In this document: positions 28,541 to 36,865 of the stretch, in pieces
Layout: each line of letters starts with the position of its first letter
How positions within the stretch are numbered: the stretch's first letter is position 1
Notes under the pieces: generated by a model
Seen by the model: only the letters and a program-made list of their open reading frames with translations
The model's database searches: none
What the model was told of the DNA's origin: nothing
NCBI GenBank assembly: GCA_963805065.1
Contig: CAWDSS010000010.1
Span: 728,359-792,358 of the forward strand
Length of the DNA stretch: 64,000 nucleotides
Source of the DNA: Candidatus Omnitrophota bacterium
GTDB lineage: Bacteria; Omnitrophota; Gorgyraeia; Gygaellales; Profunditerraquicolaceae
Direction: 5' to 3'
Position numbers and translations under genes: made by a program

Positions 28541-28717
28541 ATGGATTCACAAAAAGAGCAAATACGAGAAGCGATGCAGTCGATTGCAGCACGCCGACAA
28601 GGCCACAATAAGTTAGTCTATGATAAGACAAAAAAAACGATAGTGGCTGTTTCGACAGCGGATTATACAACGACGGGATTAAATATTTCGGCGGAAGAAG
28701 CTGATATGTTTATTTAA
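28541..28717 (+). CDS. 58-aa ORF between E2 and E1 (below the ORF-track cutoff)
   Basis: The ATG at 28541 lies 10 nt after the E2 stop and follows ggggtgaaag. Its stop lies 1 nt before the E1 ATG. The peptide is MDSQKEQIREAMQSIAARRQGHNKLVYDKTKKTIVAVSTADYTTTGLNISAEEADMFI. Confidence 0.4.
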   Translation: MDSQKEQIREAMQSIAARRQGHNKLVYDKTKKTIVAVSTADYTTTGLNISAEEADMFI

Positions 28718-28718
28718 G

Positions 28719-30005
28719 ATGATTACCATACCTTCGGAATATATAAATAATAACTGGAAGAAGCTCCTTGATATTAAAACCCTACCAATCACTTTATCAG
28801 AGTGGGATGGCGGGGATGCTTATTCACTGAGTTCAATGGGTGCGTGTCCAAGCCAGAAAGAAGTTTATGGAGTAATAGTGATTGGTGAGCGCGATACTAA
28901 GGAATACCAAATCGTGATTCAGTTAATAAAGGTTTCTGATGAACAGCCTTTTGACTATGTGTCACCGACAGGCGAAAAATTTAAAGCGGTTTCTTATTCT
29001 AATGCGGGCAAAACAAAAGATGAAAAAATAGTTACGCATATAGTTAATGTTGGCTATGAAATTTCCTCAAGACACCAGGGTTTAATTGAAACAGGCCTGC
29101 TAAAGGATAGCTCTGTTTTAATACTCGGACTAGGGACAGGGGGGATCCAAATTGCTATTAATCTCGCAAAGTGCGGCGTTGGAAATTTCCACCTCATAGA
29201 TCCTGACAGGCTTGAGATTGGGAATATATGTAGGCACCAGGCTGGCATATCCCATATTGGCAGAAAAAAAGTTCTTGTAGCTAGGGATTTACTGTTGGAA
29301 AAAAACCCGGATATTAAAGTTTACCCATATCCAATCAAGGCGGATGAAACTACCAAAGACAAAATACAAGAAATAATCAAAGGCGTGGATTTAATTATAT
29401 GCGCTACAGATAACCGGGAAAGCAAGCTATTGGTTAACGCTATTAATATAGATTTTAAGAAGCCTGTGCTTTTCTCAGGAGCTTTTCGTAGGGCGTATGG
29501 AGGGCATGTGCTGAGAGTGTATCCCGGGGAAACAGCCTGTTATCATTGTTTTTTATTGGGTATGTCTGATATAGAAACCGATCAAGAGATTTCTTCAGTT
29601 GAGAGTGCTGAGGCAATAGCATATTCTGATATGCCAGTACCGATTGAACCTGGATTAGCTGTAGATGTTGAACCTATTGCCACAATGACTTCAAAGTTAG
29701 CTTTACAGGAGTTGATAAAAAATAAAGAATCTACGCTACATATTTTGGATAAAGATCTTTCAGCAAATTGGTATTTTTGGATTAATAGACCAGAGCCGGG
29801 TACGGCATATGCATCATTTCCACCGTTAAGCGATGAGGCAAAGGAAATGACAATATTACGTTGGTACGGCGTATCTTTTCCGAAAGGCGACGGCTGTCCG
29901 ACTTGTGGAAATTTTGAAAAGGCTTTACGGGAACAGTATGGTCTTCAACTAAATGAAAACGCTCAACCGGAAAGTTCTTCATTACCGCCGGATATTAAGC
30001 TATAA
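28719..30005 (+). CDS. E1-like ThiF/MoeB-family adenylating enzyme with an extra ~130-aa N-terminal domain
   Basis: The Rossmann motif is ILGLGTGGIQIAINLAKCGVGNFHLIDPDRLEIGNICRHQ. Paired CxxC motifs (CYHC, CPTC) are present. Confidence 0.85.
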   Translation: MITIPSEYINNNWKKLLDIKTLPITLSEWDGGDAYSLSSMGACPSQKEVYGVIVIGERDTKEYQIVIQLIKVSDEQPFDYVSPTGEKFKAVSYSNAGKTKDEKIVTHIVNVGYEISSRHQGLIETGLLKDSSVLILGLGTGGIQIAINLAKCGVGNFHLIDPDRLEIGNICRHQAGISHIGRKKVLVARDLLLEKNPDIKVYPYPIKADETTKDKIQEIIKGVDLIICATDNRESKLLVNAINIDFKKPVLFSGAFRRAYGGHVLRVYPGETACYHCFLLGMSDIETDQEISSVESAEAIAYSDMPVPIEPGLAVDVEPIATMTSKLALQELIKNKESTLHILDKDLSANWYFWINRPEPGTAYASFPPLSDEAKEMTILRWYGVSFPKGDGCPTCGNFEKALREQYGLQLNENAQPESSSLPPDIKL

Positions 30006-30017
30006 GGAGTTGCTACA

Positions 30018-30899
30018 ATGGAGATGAATTCGTACTTTGATGGCCTATTAGCAAGTATTGAGCCAGATCCCAATAATGTTAAATTGGCAAAAAAATCTCA
30101 TGAAGAAATAAGGGATTTTTTGGCAAAGGATGATGAGATTTCAAAAGCTAATCCAGAGACATTTCTTTCTGGTTCATATGCAAGAGAGACAGCTGTTAAT
30201 GATATTAAAGATGTTGATATCATCTTAATTATTGATTTGGATCGCAGTATTACAGAGCCAGAAGTCACTTTAGCTTGGGTGCAGGCTTCACTGCAAAAAG
30301 ATTACTCAAAGGTAAAAAGACAAGGAAGGTCGGTGAATGTTGTTAACGATAAAGGGTTTAGCCTGGATGTTGTTCCTGCAACTCCAATTTCAAATCGTTC
30401 TGGTCCGTTATGGATCCCAGACAGAGAAGCTAAAGCATGGGTGGCAACCCATCCGAAGGCGCAAATTGCGTTTTCTACTGAAAGAAATAAAGCTACCGAG
30501 GGTTGTTACGTTCCTTTGATTAAAATCATTAAATATTGGCGGGATAGATTGTCAAGTGAAAGTGCCAGGCCAAACTCCTATATAATTGAGAGCTTGGTTG
30601 CTCAATGCTTGATATCGGAGCCTTCTTCATATGGGGATGCTATTAAGAATATTTTTAGTCATATTTATTTTACCTATCAGAGTTATTTGACGGCGAAAAG
30701 TGTCCCGAATATTAGCGATCCTGGATATTCCAGTGTTAATGTCGCAAAGCGGTGGGAATTTGAAGAGTTTTTAGCTTTTATGGCAGAAGTAAAAAATGGT
30801 TATTCTACGGCTAAAGAAGCTTTGGAATCTAAAGATGAGGCAGAGTCTATTAAATTATGGAAAAAACTTTTTGGAACTAAATTCTCTTCACCTAGCTGA
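30018..30899 (+). CDS. CD-NTase/SMODS-like nucleotidyltransferase
   Basis: The pol-beta NTase signature is SGSYARETAVNDIKDVDIILII (GS...DxD), with a third acidic residue in SLDVVPA. An aaggag RBS precedes it. Confidence 0.7.
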   Translation: MEMNSYFDGLLASIEPDPNNVKLAKKSHEEIRDFLAKDDEISKANPETFLSGSYARETAVNDIKDVDIILIIDLDRSITEPEVTLAWVQASLQKDYSKVKRQGRSVNVVNDKGFSLDVVPATPISNRSGPLWIPDREAKAWVATHPKAQIAFSTERNKATEGCYVPLIKIIKYWRDRLSSESARPNSYIIESLVAQCLISEPSSYGDAIKNIFSHIYFTYQSYLTAKSVPNISDPGYSSVNVAKRWEFEEFLAFMAEVKNGYSTAKEALESKDEAESIKLWKKLFGTKFSSPS

Positions 30900-30920
30900 A
30901 AAAGTAAAGGAACCCAATAA

Positions 30921-31658
30921 ATGAAGAAAAAGAATCATATTGATATCAGAAAGATTTTTCTTGGTCTCCAGGATCACATGTACGCGAAGCTTTCGTTAAA
31001 CCGCCGTATTATTTGCCACCCAACAACAAAAGGGGATGCTTCTGAACTCGAATGGCTTGAGATGCTTTCTACTTATTTACCTAAAAGATATCAAGTTGAT
31101 AAAGCATTTGTTATTGATTGTAAGGGGAATATTAGTGAACAAATTGATATAGTAATATTTGATAGACATTATTCACCTTTTCTTTTTCGGCAGAATGGCG
31201 CTACCTATATTCCTGCAGAAAGTGTTTATGCAATAATCGAAGTTAAACCTTCTTTAACTAGCGCTAACATAAAATATGCTTCTAAAAAGGCCGCTTCCGT
31301 AAGGATATTAAAAAGGACAAATGCGAAAATAGTCCAAGCAGGAGGAGATATTGAAAAACCCAAAGAACCATTTGTCATTTTGGCCGGAATTTTAACAATA
31401 GACGGAAAATGTACCACCCGGATGATGAAGCAGTTAAGAAGTTTGAAAGAAGACGGGTTTCTTAATTTTGGTTGCGCGCTTAATAAAGAAGCTTTTTGGT
31501 TCAAAAGCAATCCGGAAGGCAGTCGAATTCTAGAGAACAGCAAGCAGAGCGAAGGATTGATATTCTTTTTCTTGAATCTTTTGTCAAAACTGCAACAACT
31601 CGGTACTGTTTCAGCGATGGATATGCAGTGTTATATTGATAAATTTAAGAAGAATTAA
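30921..31658 (+). CDS. nucC: NucC-like (DUF6602-type) PD-(D/E)xK endonuclease, probable effector
   Basis: The stretch KGDASELEWLEMLSTYLPKRYQ...EQIDIVIFDRHYSPF...IPAESVYAIIEVK matches my recollection of NucC, including its ID-x30-ExK active site and ~240-aa size. Confidence 0.7.
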   Translation: MKKKNHIDIRKIFLGLQDHMYAKLSLNRRIICHPTTKGDASELEWLEMLSTYLPKRYQVDKAFVIDCKGNISEQIDIVIFDRHYSPFLFRQNGATYIPAESVYAIIEVKPSLTSANIKYASKKAASVRILKRTNAKIVQAGGDIEKPKEPFVILAGILTIDGKCTTRMMKQLRSLKEDGFLNFGCALNKEAFWFKSNPEGSRILENSKQSEGLIFFFLNLLSKLQQLGTVSAMDMQCYIDKFKKN

Positions 31659-31749
31659 TCATCTTGGTGGTATAGACCGAATGGCCTCTATAAAACAATT
31701 GTCTAACGAGAATAAAAGGGGTAAAATAAGTAGCTAAAGAGAAAGTATT

Positions 31750-32946
31750 ATGCCAATAACCCTAGAACAAACAAAGCTGGATGTAATAAACAAAAGCAGA
31801 TCTAATATTTTCAATTGGAGAGGGCAGTTTACTCCCCAATTCGTAGAATATATTTTGCATAAATTCTCAACTAAGGGCGATGTTGTCCTTGATCCTTTCT
31901 GTGGTAGTGGTACGGTTTTACAAGAGTCTGCTATGGCCGGGCTCTCATCAGTCGGGCTAGAAATTAGCCCCGCTGCTCATGCAATGGCCAAATTTTATAG
32001 TTTTTGTAACTTAAATAGAGATCAGCGGCAAGCAATATTTGATTCTTTAATTGTAAAACTTAACAAGGCCGTAAAGCCTTATGATAATTTGCCGCTGTTA
32101 AATGCAGATAGACTTTTATTCAGAGACCGGTATCGAAATTTACTCGGGTTTAGCAGGAAACTTTTAGAGCAAATTAAAGACAAACAAGAAAAATTACTAG
32201 CCCTTTTGGTTTTATTTTATGCGGAAGATTCGTCTAAGGAAGATTTACCTTCAGCCATTTATAAAGCTCAGAGTAATCTCAGGGATCATCTGGTTTCTCT
32301 ACCCTATACCGAAGTAAGTATTCAGGCGGAGCTTTGCGATGCCCGCTTATCCCACCAGTGTTTGGAATCGAAAGCCAACCTTATTATTACCAGCCCGCCC
32401 TACATTAATGTTTTTAATTATCATCAGAACTATCGGGCGATTATTGAGCTCTTAGGTTTTGATATCCTGAAGGTTGCTGAAAGCGAAATGGGATCAAATC
32501 GTAAAAATCGAGCCAATCGTTTTAAGACTGTATTGCAGTATTGTTTAGACATGGAATTAGCTCTTCAGAGTTTTGCAAATTGCCTAAATCATGAAGGGCA
32601 CCTTATCATGGTGATAGGCAGGGAATCCAGAGTCCGAGGGATTCCGTTTTACAATTCATTAATCGTTAAAGAAATAATCCTATCTCTTAAATGTTTTAAA
32701 TTATCGGGAGTAAGTCAGAGGGGATTTATAAATAGGTTCGGTGAAAGAATATATGAGGATATTCTTGTTGCTGAGCGAAATCACGCCTCGCCTCAACTAG
32801 GTAGCGGTAGGGATATCGCTATAGAGCACTTGAAGAAAGGATTAATGCAGTCAGAGAAAGATGTCAAAAATGATATTCTCGGAGCTTTGGCGGAAGCAAA
32901 ATCAGTTATTCCGTCGCCATTTTTTAGCAGAAAGGAAATCATATAA
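31750..32946 (+). CDS. DNA methyltransferase (N6A or N4C, motif I before motif IV)
   Basis: It has motif I (VVLDPFCGSGTV) and motif IV (ITSPPYINV). Confidence 0.8.
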   Translation: MPITLEQTKLDVINKSRSNIFNWRGQFTPQFVEYILHKFSTKGDVVLDPFCGSGTVLQESAMAGLSSVGLEISPAAHAMAKFYSFCNLNRDQRQAIFDSLIVKLNKAVKPYDNLPLLNADRLLFRDRYRNLLGFSRKLLEQIKDKQEKLLALLVLFYAEDSSKEDLPSAIYKAQSNLRDHLVSLPYTEVSIQAELCDARLSHQCLESKANLIITSPPYINVFNYHQNYRAIIELLGFDILKVAESEMGSNRKNRANRFKTVLQYCLDMELALQSFANCLNHEGHLIMVIGRESRVRGIPFYNSLIVKEIILSLKCFKLSGVSQRGFINRFGERIYEDILVAERNHASPQLGSGRDIAIEHLKKGLMQSEKDVKNDILGALAEAKSVIPSPFFSRKEII

Positions 32947-33839
32947 TGATACAGACGCCACACAAAGACAAATTGGAAGCAGCCATAACTAACCCTAAAT
33001 GCGGCAAAGAAGATCAGCATCTTCTAAGAGAAGCGCTTAAAAGCTATGAGGCGTGGATTAAGAAAATGAACGCCATTACATCAACCGGAAGAGAAAGGGT
33101 TGATGAAATGACGAAGGCACTGAATGAATATAAAGATTTTTTAGAAGTAGAGTTGATTGGTAAGAATGGCTCAGATTTTATTAAGAGGCAAAAAGGACAA
33201 TTAAAACTCGACAATTCGGTGATAGAGGAATTTTTAATTCATTTGATCGACAAAAGGATTTTGGGTGGCTTACCAGATTTTAGGTTAGAGGTCGGTCCTC
33301 AAACGGCATTCATGTCTTTAGCATTTGCTCCGACAAGCCTTGCCGTTCTTGGGTCTAAGCCACCTGTTATCTTGAAAGAAAAGGATGCTGATTTTGCATT
33401 GGGTAAAACGATCTATTTTAAATTCTCTTCCGATTCTGGTTTTAAAGCATCAATGACCAGTGAGGGAAAACTTGTATTAGCTGTTTTAGCTGCTGAATGC
33501 AAAATAAATCTTGATAAAACAATGTTTCAGGAAGCGGCAGGCACTGCATCTCGTTTAAAACAGGGGTGCCCGATGTCTCGATACTACCTACTGGTTGAAT
33601 ATTTGGATATGGAGCCGGAAGACTGCAGATTAACAGCCATTGATAATGTCTTTTTACTAAGACATGCCAAAAGATTGCCGTTTGAGAAGCGCACCGTCTA
33701 TAAAGAAATTAAGAAGCAGCACGATGAAAACCCGATTGATAGCGATGTTATTTGGAAGTTTACTCAGGAAATCCAGAACTTTGTAAGCGCTATTTGGTAT
33801 GATCCAGCAAAAGTATTGCAGCAAGGGTCTTTTATCTAA
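32946..33839 (+). CDS. putative type II restriction endonuclease
   Basis: The start overlaps the methyltransferase stop (ATAATGA). A candidate PD-ExK core is present (DADFALGK ... LAAECKINLDK). Confidence 0.5.
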   Translation: MIQTPHKDKLEAAITNPKCGKEDQHLLREALKSYEAWIKKMNAITSTGRERVDEMTKALNEYKDFLEVELIGKNGSDFIKRQKGQLKLDNSVIEEFLIHLIDKRILGGLPDFRLEVGPQTAFMSLAFAPTSLAVLGSKPPVILKEKDADFALGKTIYFKFSSDSGFKASMTSEGKLVLAVLAAECKINLDKTMFQEAAGTASRLKQGCPMSRYYLLVEYLDMEPEDCRLTAIDNVFLLRHAKRLPFEKRTVYKEIKKQHDENPIDSDVIWKFTQEIQNFVSAIWYDPAKVLQQGSFI

Positions 33840-34049
33840 GCAAAGGCGTAAATCGAACTAAGGCATAATCGGTAAGGATAGAATCGGCTCATGAATGGCT
33901 CAATTGGCTCACCAAGACTTCCGCTATAGAGTTTTAATATCAGACATATATCGCATTTCGGACATAGAATGCGCCATAAACACGCCAAACGCACCATTTA
34001 TTGGTGGTTGTGATGGTTTATTGGCAACAATGGGCAAAAGGGCACCAAT

Positions 34050-35096
34050 ATGACAGATAAGAAATATATCGGTATTTATTATCCAAACTGCTACATAAAA
34101 AATAATCTTTCTTTAACCACGTTTTCTTTATTCTTTGATGAAGTTCATTTGGTAACAGTTTCAGACACCGCTAAAGACCCCACAGATTATTTGAAAAATC
34201 TTCCGTCGAAGATTTCTATCCAAGTAATAGGCAAAGAGCCCTCTAATGAGGAATCAGAAAGAGTAAAAAATTTTTATCAATTTGTCTTAAATAATCAAAA
34301 ACTCCTAGGAGACATTCTTTTTTATCATCCGCACCTCTTGAATACGGCAATTAATACTATATCATCTAAGCTGTTGTCAGGAAATCTGACTCAGGAAGAG
34401 CTGCTTAATTTTATTCTTGGGAAAACGGATGAATTGGAAACAATCAAAACATTTCAAGAAAAATATCCCGATTTAAAAGATAGTTTTATTTTTAAGTCGT
34501 CTTCGACGGCAATGAAATTAGCAGAGGATAACGATTGGATATTGATCGGAGACGACCCCGAAGTTCCTGTTCCGTATTTGTCTGATAGAATGAACACGGT
34601 GCGGTTTCTAACTTCAATCTTGGCAGAAGAATGTATCAAAATCAGCTTGCCCCAAAGTATTAGTTTAAACGCAGAAGACATCTTGATTGCAAGGGAGAAA
34701 TTAAAAGATTTACTTATTCCTTTTAGAATGGCAATGCAAAAACTGAGTATGCAGCTTAAAATTGCAATTAAAGATAGCCGGGATATCGATGTAATAAAAT
34801 CGGAAGCAAAATATATTGCGGAAAGCCAAGTTGAACCCGCCATTTTTGAGATCAAAAAGAAAATTGAGATGGAAAAAGATAAATTTTGGGTAAAAATATT
34901 TGGTAAAGTTATAAGCTGGACCCCTTTTATAGCTAAAGGCTTTGCAAATCCAACCCCGGAAAACATTTTTAAAGCGATGGAAAAGGTATATGGAGATGTC
35001 GGCAGCATAGCAAAAAGCGCGCAAGATATTGATATCGCCCGTGAACCAGGAATTTGTTTCTTACTCAAAATTAGTGAGGGAGTATTAGAAAATTAG
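34050..35096 (+). CDS. hypothetical protein (348 aa), no recognisable domain
   Basis: Long intact ORF, co-directional with its neighbours, with helical/amphipathic C-terminal character. Confidence 0.5.
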   Translation: MTDKKYIGIYYPNCYIKNNLSLTTFSLFFDEVHLVTVSDTAKDPTDYLKNLPSKISIQVIGKEPSNEESERVKNFYQFVLNNQKLLGDILFYHPHLLNTAINTISSKLLSGNLTQEELLNFILGKTDELETIKTFQEKYPDLKDSFIFKSSSTAMKLAEDNDWILIGDDPEVPVPYLSDRMNTVRFLTSILAEECIKISLPQSISLNAEDILIAREKLKDLLIPFRMAMQKLSMQLKIAIKDSRDIDVIKSEAKYIAESQVEPAIFEIKKKIEMEKDKFWVKIFGKVISWTPFIAKGFANPTPENIFKAMEKVYGDVGSIAKSAQDIDIAREPGICFLLKISEGVLEN

Positions 35097-35164
35097 GCTA
35101 ATATTTTCTCAATTCTACGTCTATAAGGAATCTTAATCCTTTGGCAACAGGAGTAACTATCGTA

Positions 35165-35174
35165 GGGGGGGGGG
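35165..35174 (+). repeat. G10 homopolymer occupying the SD position of the next gene
   Basis: Ten consecutive G residues end 4 nt before the ATG at 35179. Confidence 0.9.
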
Positions 35175-35178
35175 ATTT

Positions 35179-35898
35179 ATGACAGAATTTGATAAATCAC
35201 ATTGGGTTGAAAAAGATTTTTCCAATCAGTACCTGGAAGCAGCAGACATTTATATCCTTGAGAGGAAGCTACAATTAGAAATACTTAAATCATTCTACAA
35301 TCATTTCCTTTCCAGCAAAAATGACAATAAAGTTTTAGATTTAGGATGTGGAGACGGCATCATTAGTCACGAGCTTTTAAAGATTGATAAGTCCATTTCA
35401 GCAACATTAGTTGATGGCTCGGATGAAATGCTGAACAGAGCAAAGGAAAGATTATCCGGCTTTAGGGGTATTAATTTCTTGAGAGCAAGCTTTCAGGACC
35501 TATTGCAGAAAAATGTTATGCTTTCCAGTTTCGATTTTGTTGTTTCTTCGCTTGCTATTCATCACTTGACTATAGATGAGAAGAAATCACTTTTTGAATA
35601 TATCTACTCTAAATTAAACAGCGGAGGGTATTTTGTAAATATGGATATTATTCTTTCTCCGGCAAAAAACCTTGAAGATTGGTACCTCCTGTTATGGAAA
35701 GAGTGCATTAAAAAAACGCAGACAAAGCTAAAGCAGGAAGGCAATTATGAGGATATTGTAGAAAGATATAAAAGCAATGCGGATAATAAGCCTGATACTT
35801 TAATAGAACAATTAAAGGCATTGGAATCTGTTGGCTTTAAAGAAGTGGATTGTTTTTGGAAGTATGGAATATTCACGATGTTCGGTGGGAAAAGATAA
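35179..35898 (+). CDS. class I SAM-dependent methyltransferase
   Basis: It has motif I (VLDLGCGDGIIS) and post-I/II elements (LVDGSDEML, FDFVVSSLAIHHL). Confidence 0.8.
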   Translation: MTEFDKSHWVEKDFSNQYLEAADIYILERKLQLEILKSFYNHFLSSKNDNKVLDLGCGDGIISHELLKIDKSISATLVDGSDEMLNRAKERLSGFRGINFLRASFQDLLQKNVMLSSFDFVVSSLAIHHLTIDEKKSLFEYIYSKLNSGGYFVNMDIILSPAKNLEDWYLLLWKECIKKTQTKLKQEGNYEDIVERYKSNADNKPDTLIEQLKALESVGFKEVDCFWKYGIFTMFGGKR

Positions 35899-35906
35899 TC
35901 TTTTTC

Positions 35907-36338
35907 TTACCGTAACAGGCGTTCGATCTCGCTTTGGCGCTCTTTCTCGGTTCTAAGTCGGGAAATATATAAAAGTCTTCTGCCGGTAAAGATTCTCAGT
36001 TTTTCCTGATCGTCACAGGATCTCATATTTTCTACGAAGTCAGCGGGTAACCGGTTGACTATTTTTAACAAGTGTGCTAATTTGGACTCTGACATATTGA
36101 GTTCTCTACAGGTTTTTGCCCAGGTTATTCTGGTTGTACCGCTATTGATGAAGGTTTTAATTTTCAGGGCTTCTACTATGGTATTTGGGTAGACCCGGGG
36201 CCTTCTAATGGGTACCGGAGGTAAAGGATCTACTAAACTAAGCAAAGTTCGCTTGCTTCGCCGGATTTCCATCTTCACAACTAATTGCACTACTTGAAGT
36301 TCTGCGGTGCGGCGGGCGACAACGCTGGGCAGCCACAC
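35907..36338 (-). CDS. hypothetical small DNA-binding-like protein at the end of the recombinase cassette
   Basis: It has an HTH-like stretch (TRITWAKTCRELNMSESKLAHLLKIVNRL). The track start is a GTG inside repeat DR1, so the ATG at 36272 is an alternative start. Confidence 0.4.
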   Translation of the reverse strand: MWLPSVVARRTAELQVVQLVVKMEIRRSKRTLLSLVDPLPPVPIRRPRVYPNTIVEALKIKTFINSGTTRITWAKTCRELNMSESKLAHLLKIVNRLPADFVENMRSCDDQEKLRIFTGRRLLYISRLRTEKERQSEIERLLR

Positions 36339-36407
36339 AAATCTCTCAAATTCCAGATTGAGAGATAATGATTACCCTGATTAGTAACGTTAATCAGGGT
36401 ATTTTTT
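36327..36407 (+). ncRNA. candidate small RNA (two hairpins plus intrinsic terminator) at the start of DR1
   Basis: Hairpin 1 is tctctca/tgagaga (36342-36365). Hairpin 2 is a perfect 10-bp accctgatta/taatcagggt (36374-36400) followed by T6. Confidence 0.3.
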
Positions 36408-36555
36408 ATGTTTTGAGGTGGCAAAGAGTTAGGGCATTATTTTTCCTGTTGTTCTGCTGCTATTGATTTTTAATTTTGATCCTATTTAAGGTTAGCAAAA
36501 ATAAGCCAAATAAATCTCTTCGGAGTATCTCTTTATCTCTGAATTGCCACCTAGT
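36327..36555 (+). repeat. DR1, a ~229-bp diverged direct repeat (partner at 55500-55727)
   Basis: Hand alignment shows colinear similarity from GGGCAGCCACA through ...TCTCTTTATCTC..ATTG(C/G)C. I estimate roughly 75% identity by eye. Confidence 0.7.
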
Positions 36556-36668
36556 AAAGGCTCCACAGTAAATGGATATTCGGCGAAATTCTGCACAATA
36601 TAAAGCCTCAGTTAAGGCGTTTACTAGGAAACAACAATCCAGAGATAGAATCCCTCGATGATTTTCGG

Positions 36669-36789
36669 TGTCCGAACGGACAAAATGGGCGAAATTATGT
36701 CCGTTTTGTCCGGTCTTTTTTGACCATAAATTCTCTAACCTATTAAGGCATTAGGAGATATGGATGTCCGCCTCACTTGACCCGGACAT
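36669..36789. repeat. cluster of TGTCCG motifs (palindrome, direct pair, 26-bp inverted repeat) 3' of the recombinase gene
   Basis: TGTCCGAACGGACA lies at 36669-36682 and TGTCCG at 36698 and 36707. ATGTCCG-12 nt-CGGACAT lies at 36764-36789. Confidence 0.6.
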
Positions 36790-36865
36790 TGGTAATTTAT
36801 CTCCATTTTGGGTACGGTTCTTGTAAAATTTAAGAGGTATCCCCGTTAAGGACAACGGATTTATA

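Noticed and set aside
28541-28717. The 58-aa ORF as a Bil-type ubiquitin-like protein, making the operon a Bil system
   Set aside because: It is too short for a beta-grasp fold and has no C-terminal Gly. The operon also contains a CD-NTase-like enzyme and a NucC-like nuclease, which fits CBASS better.
34454-35068. 204-aa and 104-aa ORFs antisense to the 34050-35096 orphan gene
   Set aside because: The + strand ORF is longer and co-directional with its neighbours. The antisense ORFs are Ser/Ile/Phe-rich, as expected from AT-rich shadow frames. This is less certain than elsewhere because the sense protein has no recognisable domain.
36327-36555. The repeats as tRNA or tmRNA fragments (the usual integration targets)
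   Set aside because: No cloverleaf arms, no T-loop GTTCRA motif and no CCA end could be found in either copy. The serine recombinase family also does not require tRNA targets.
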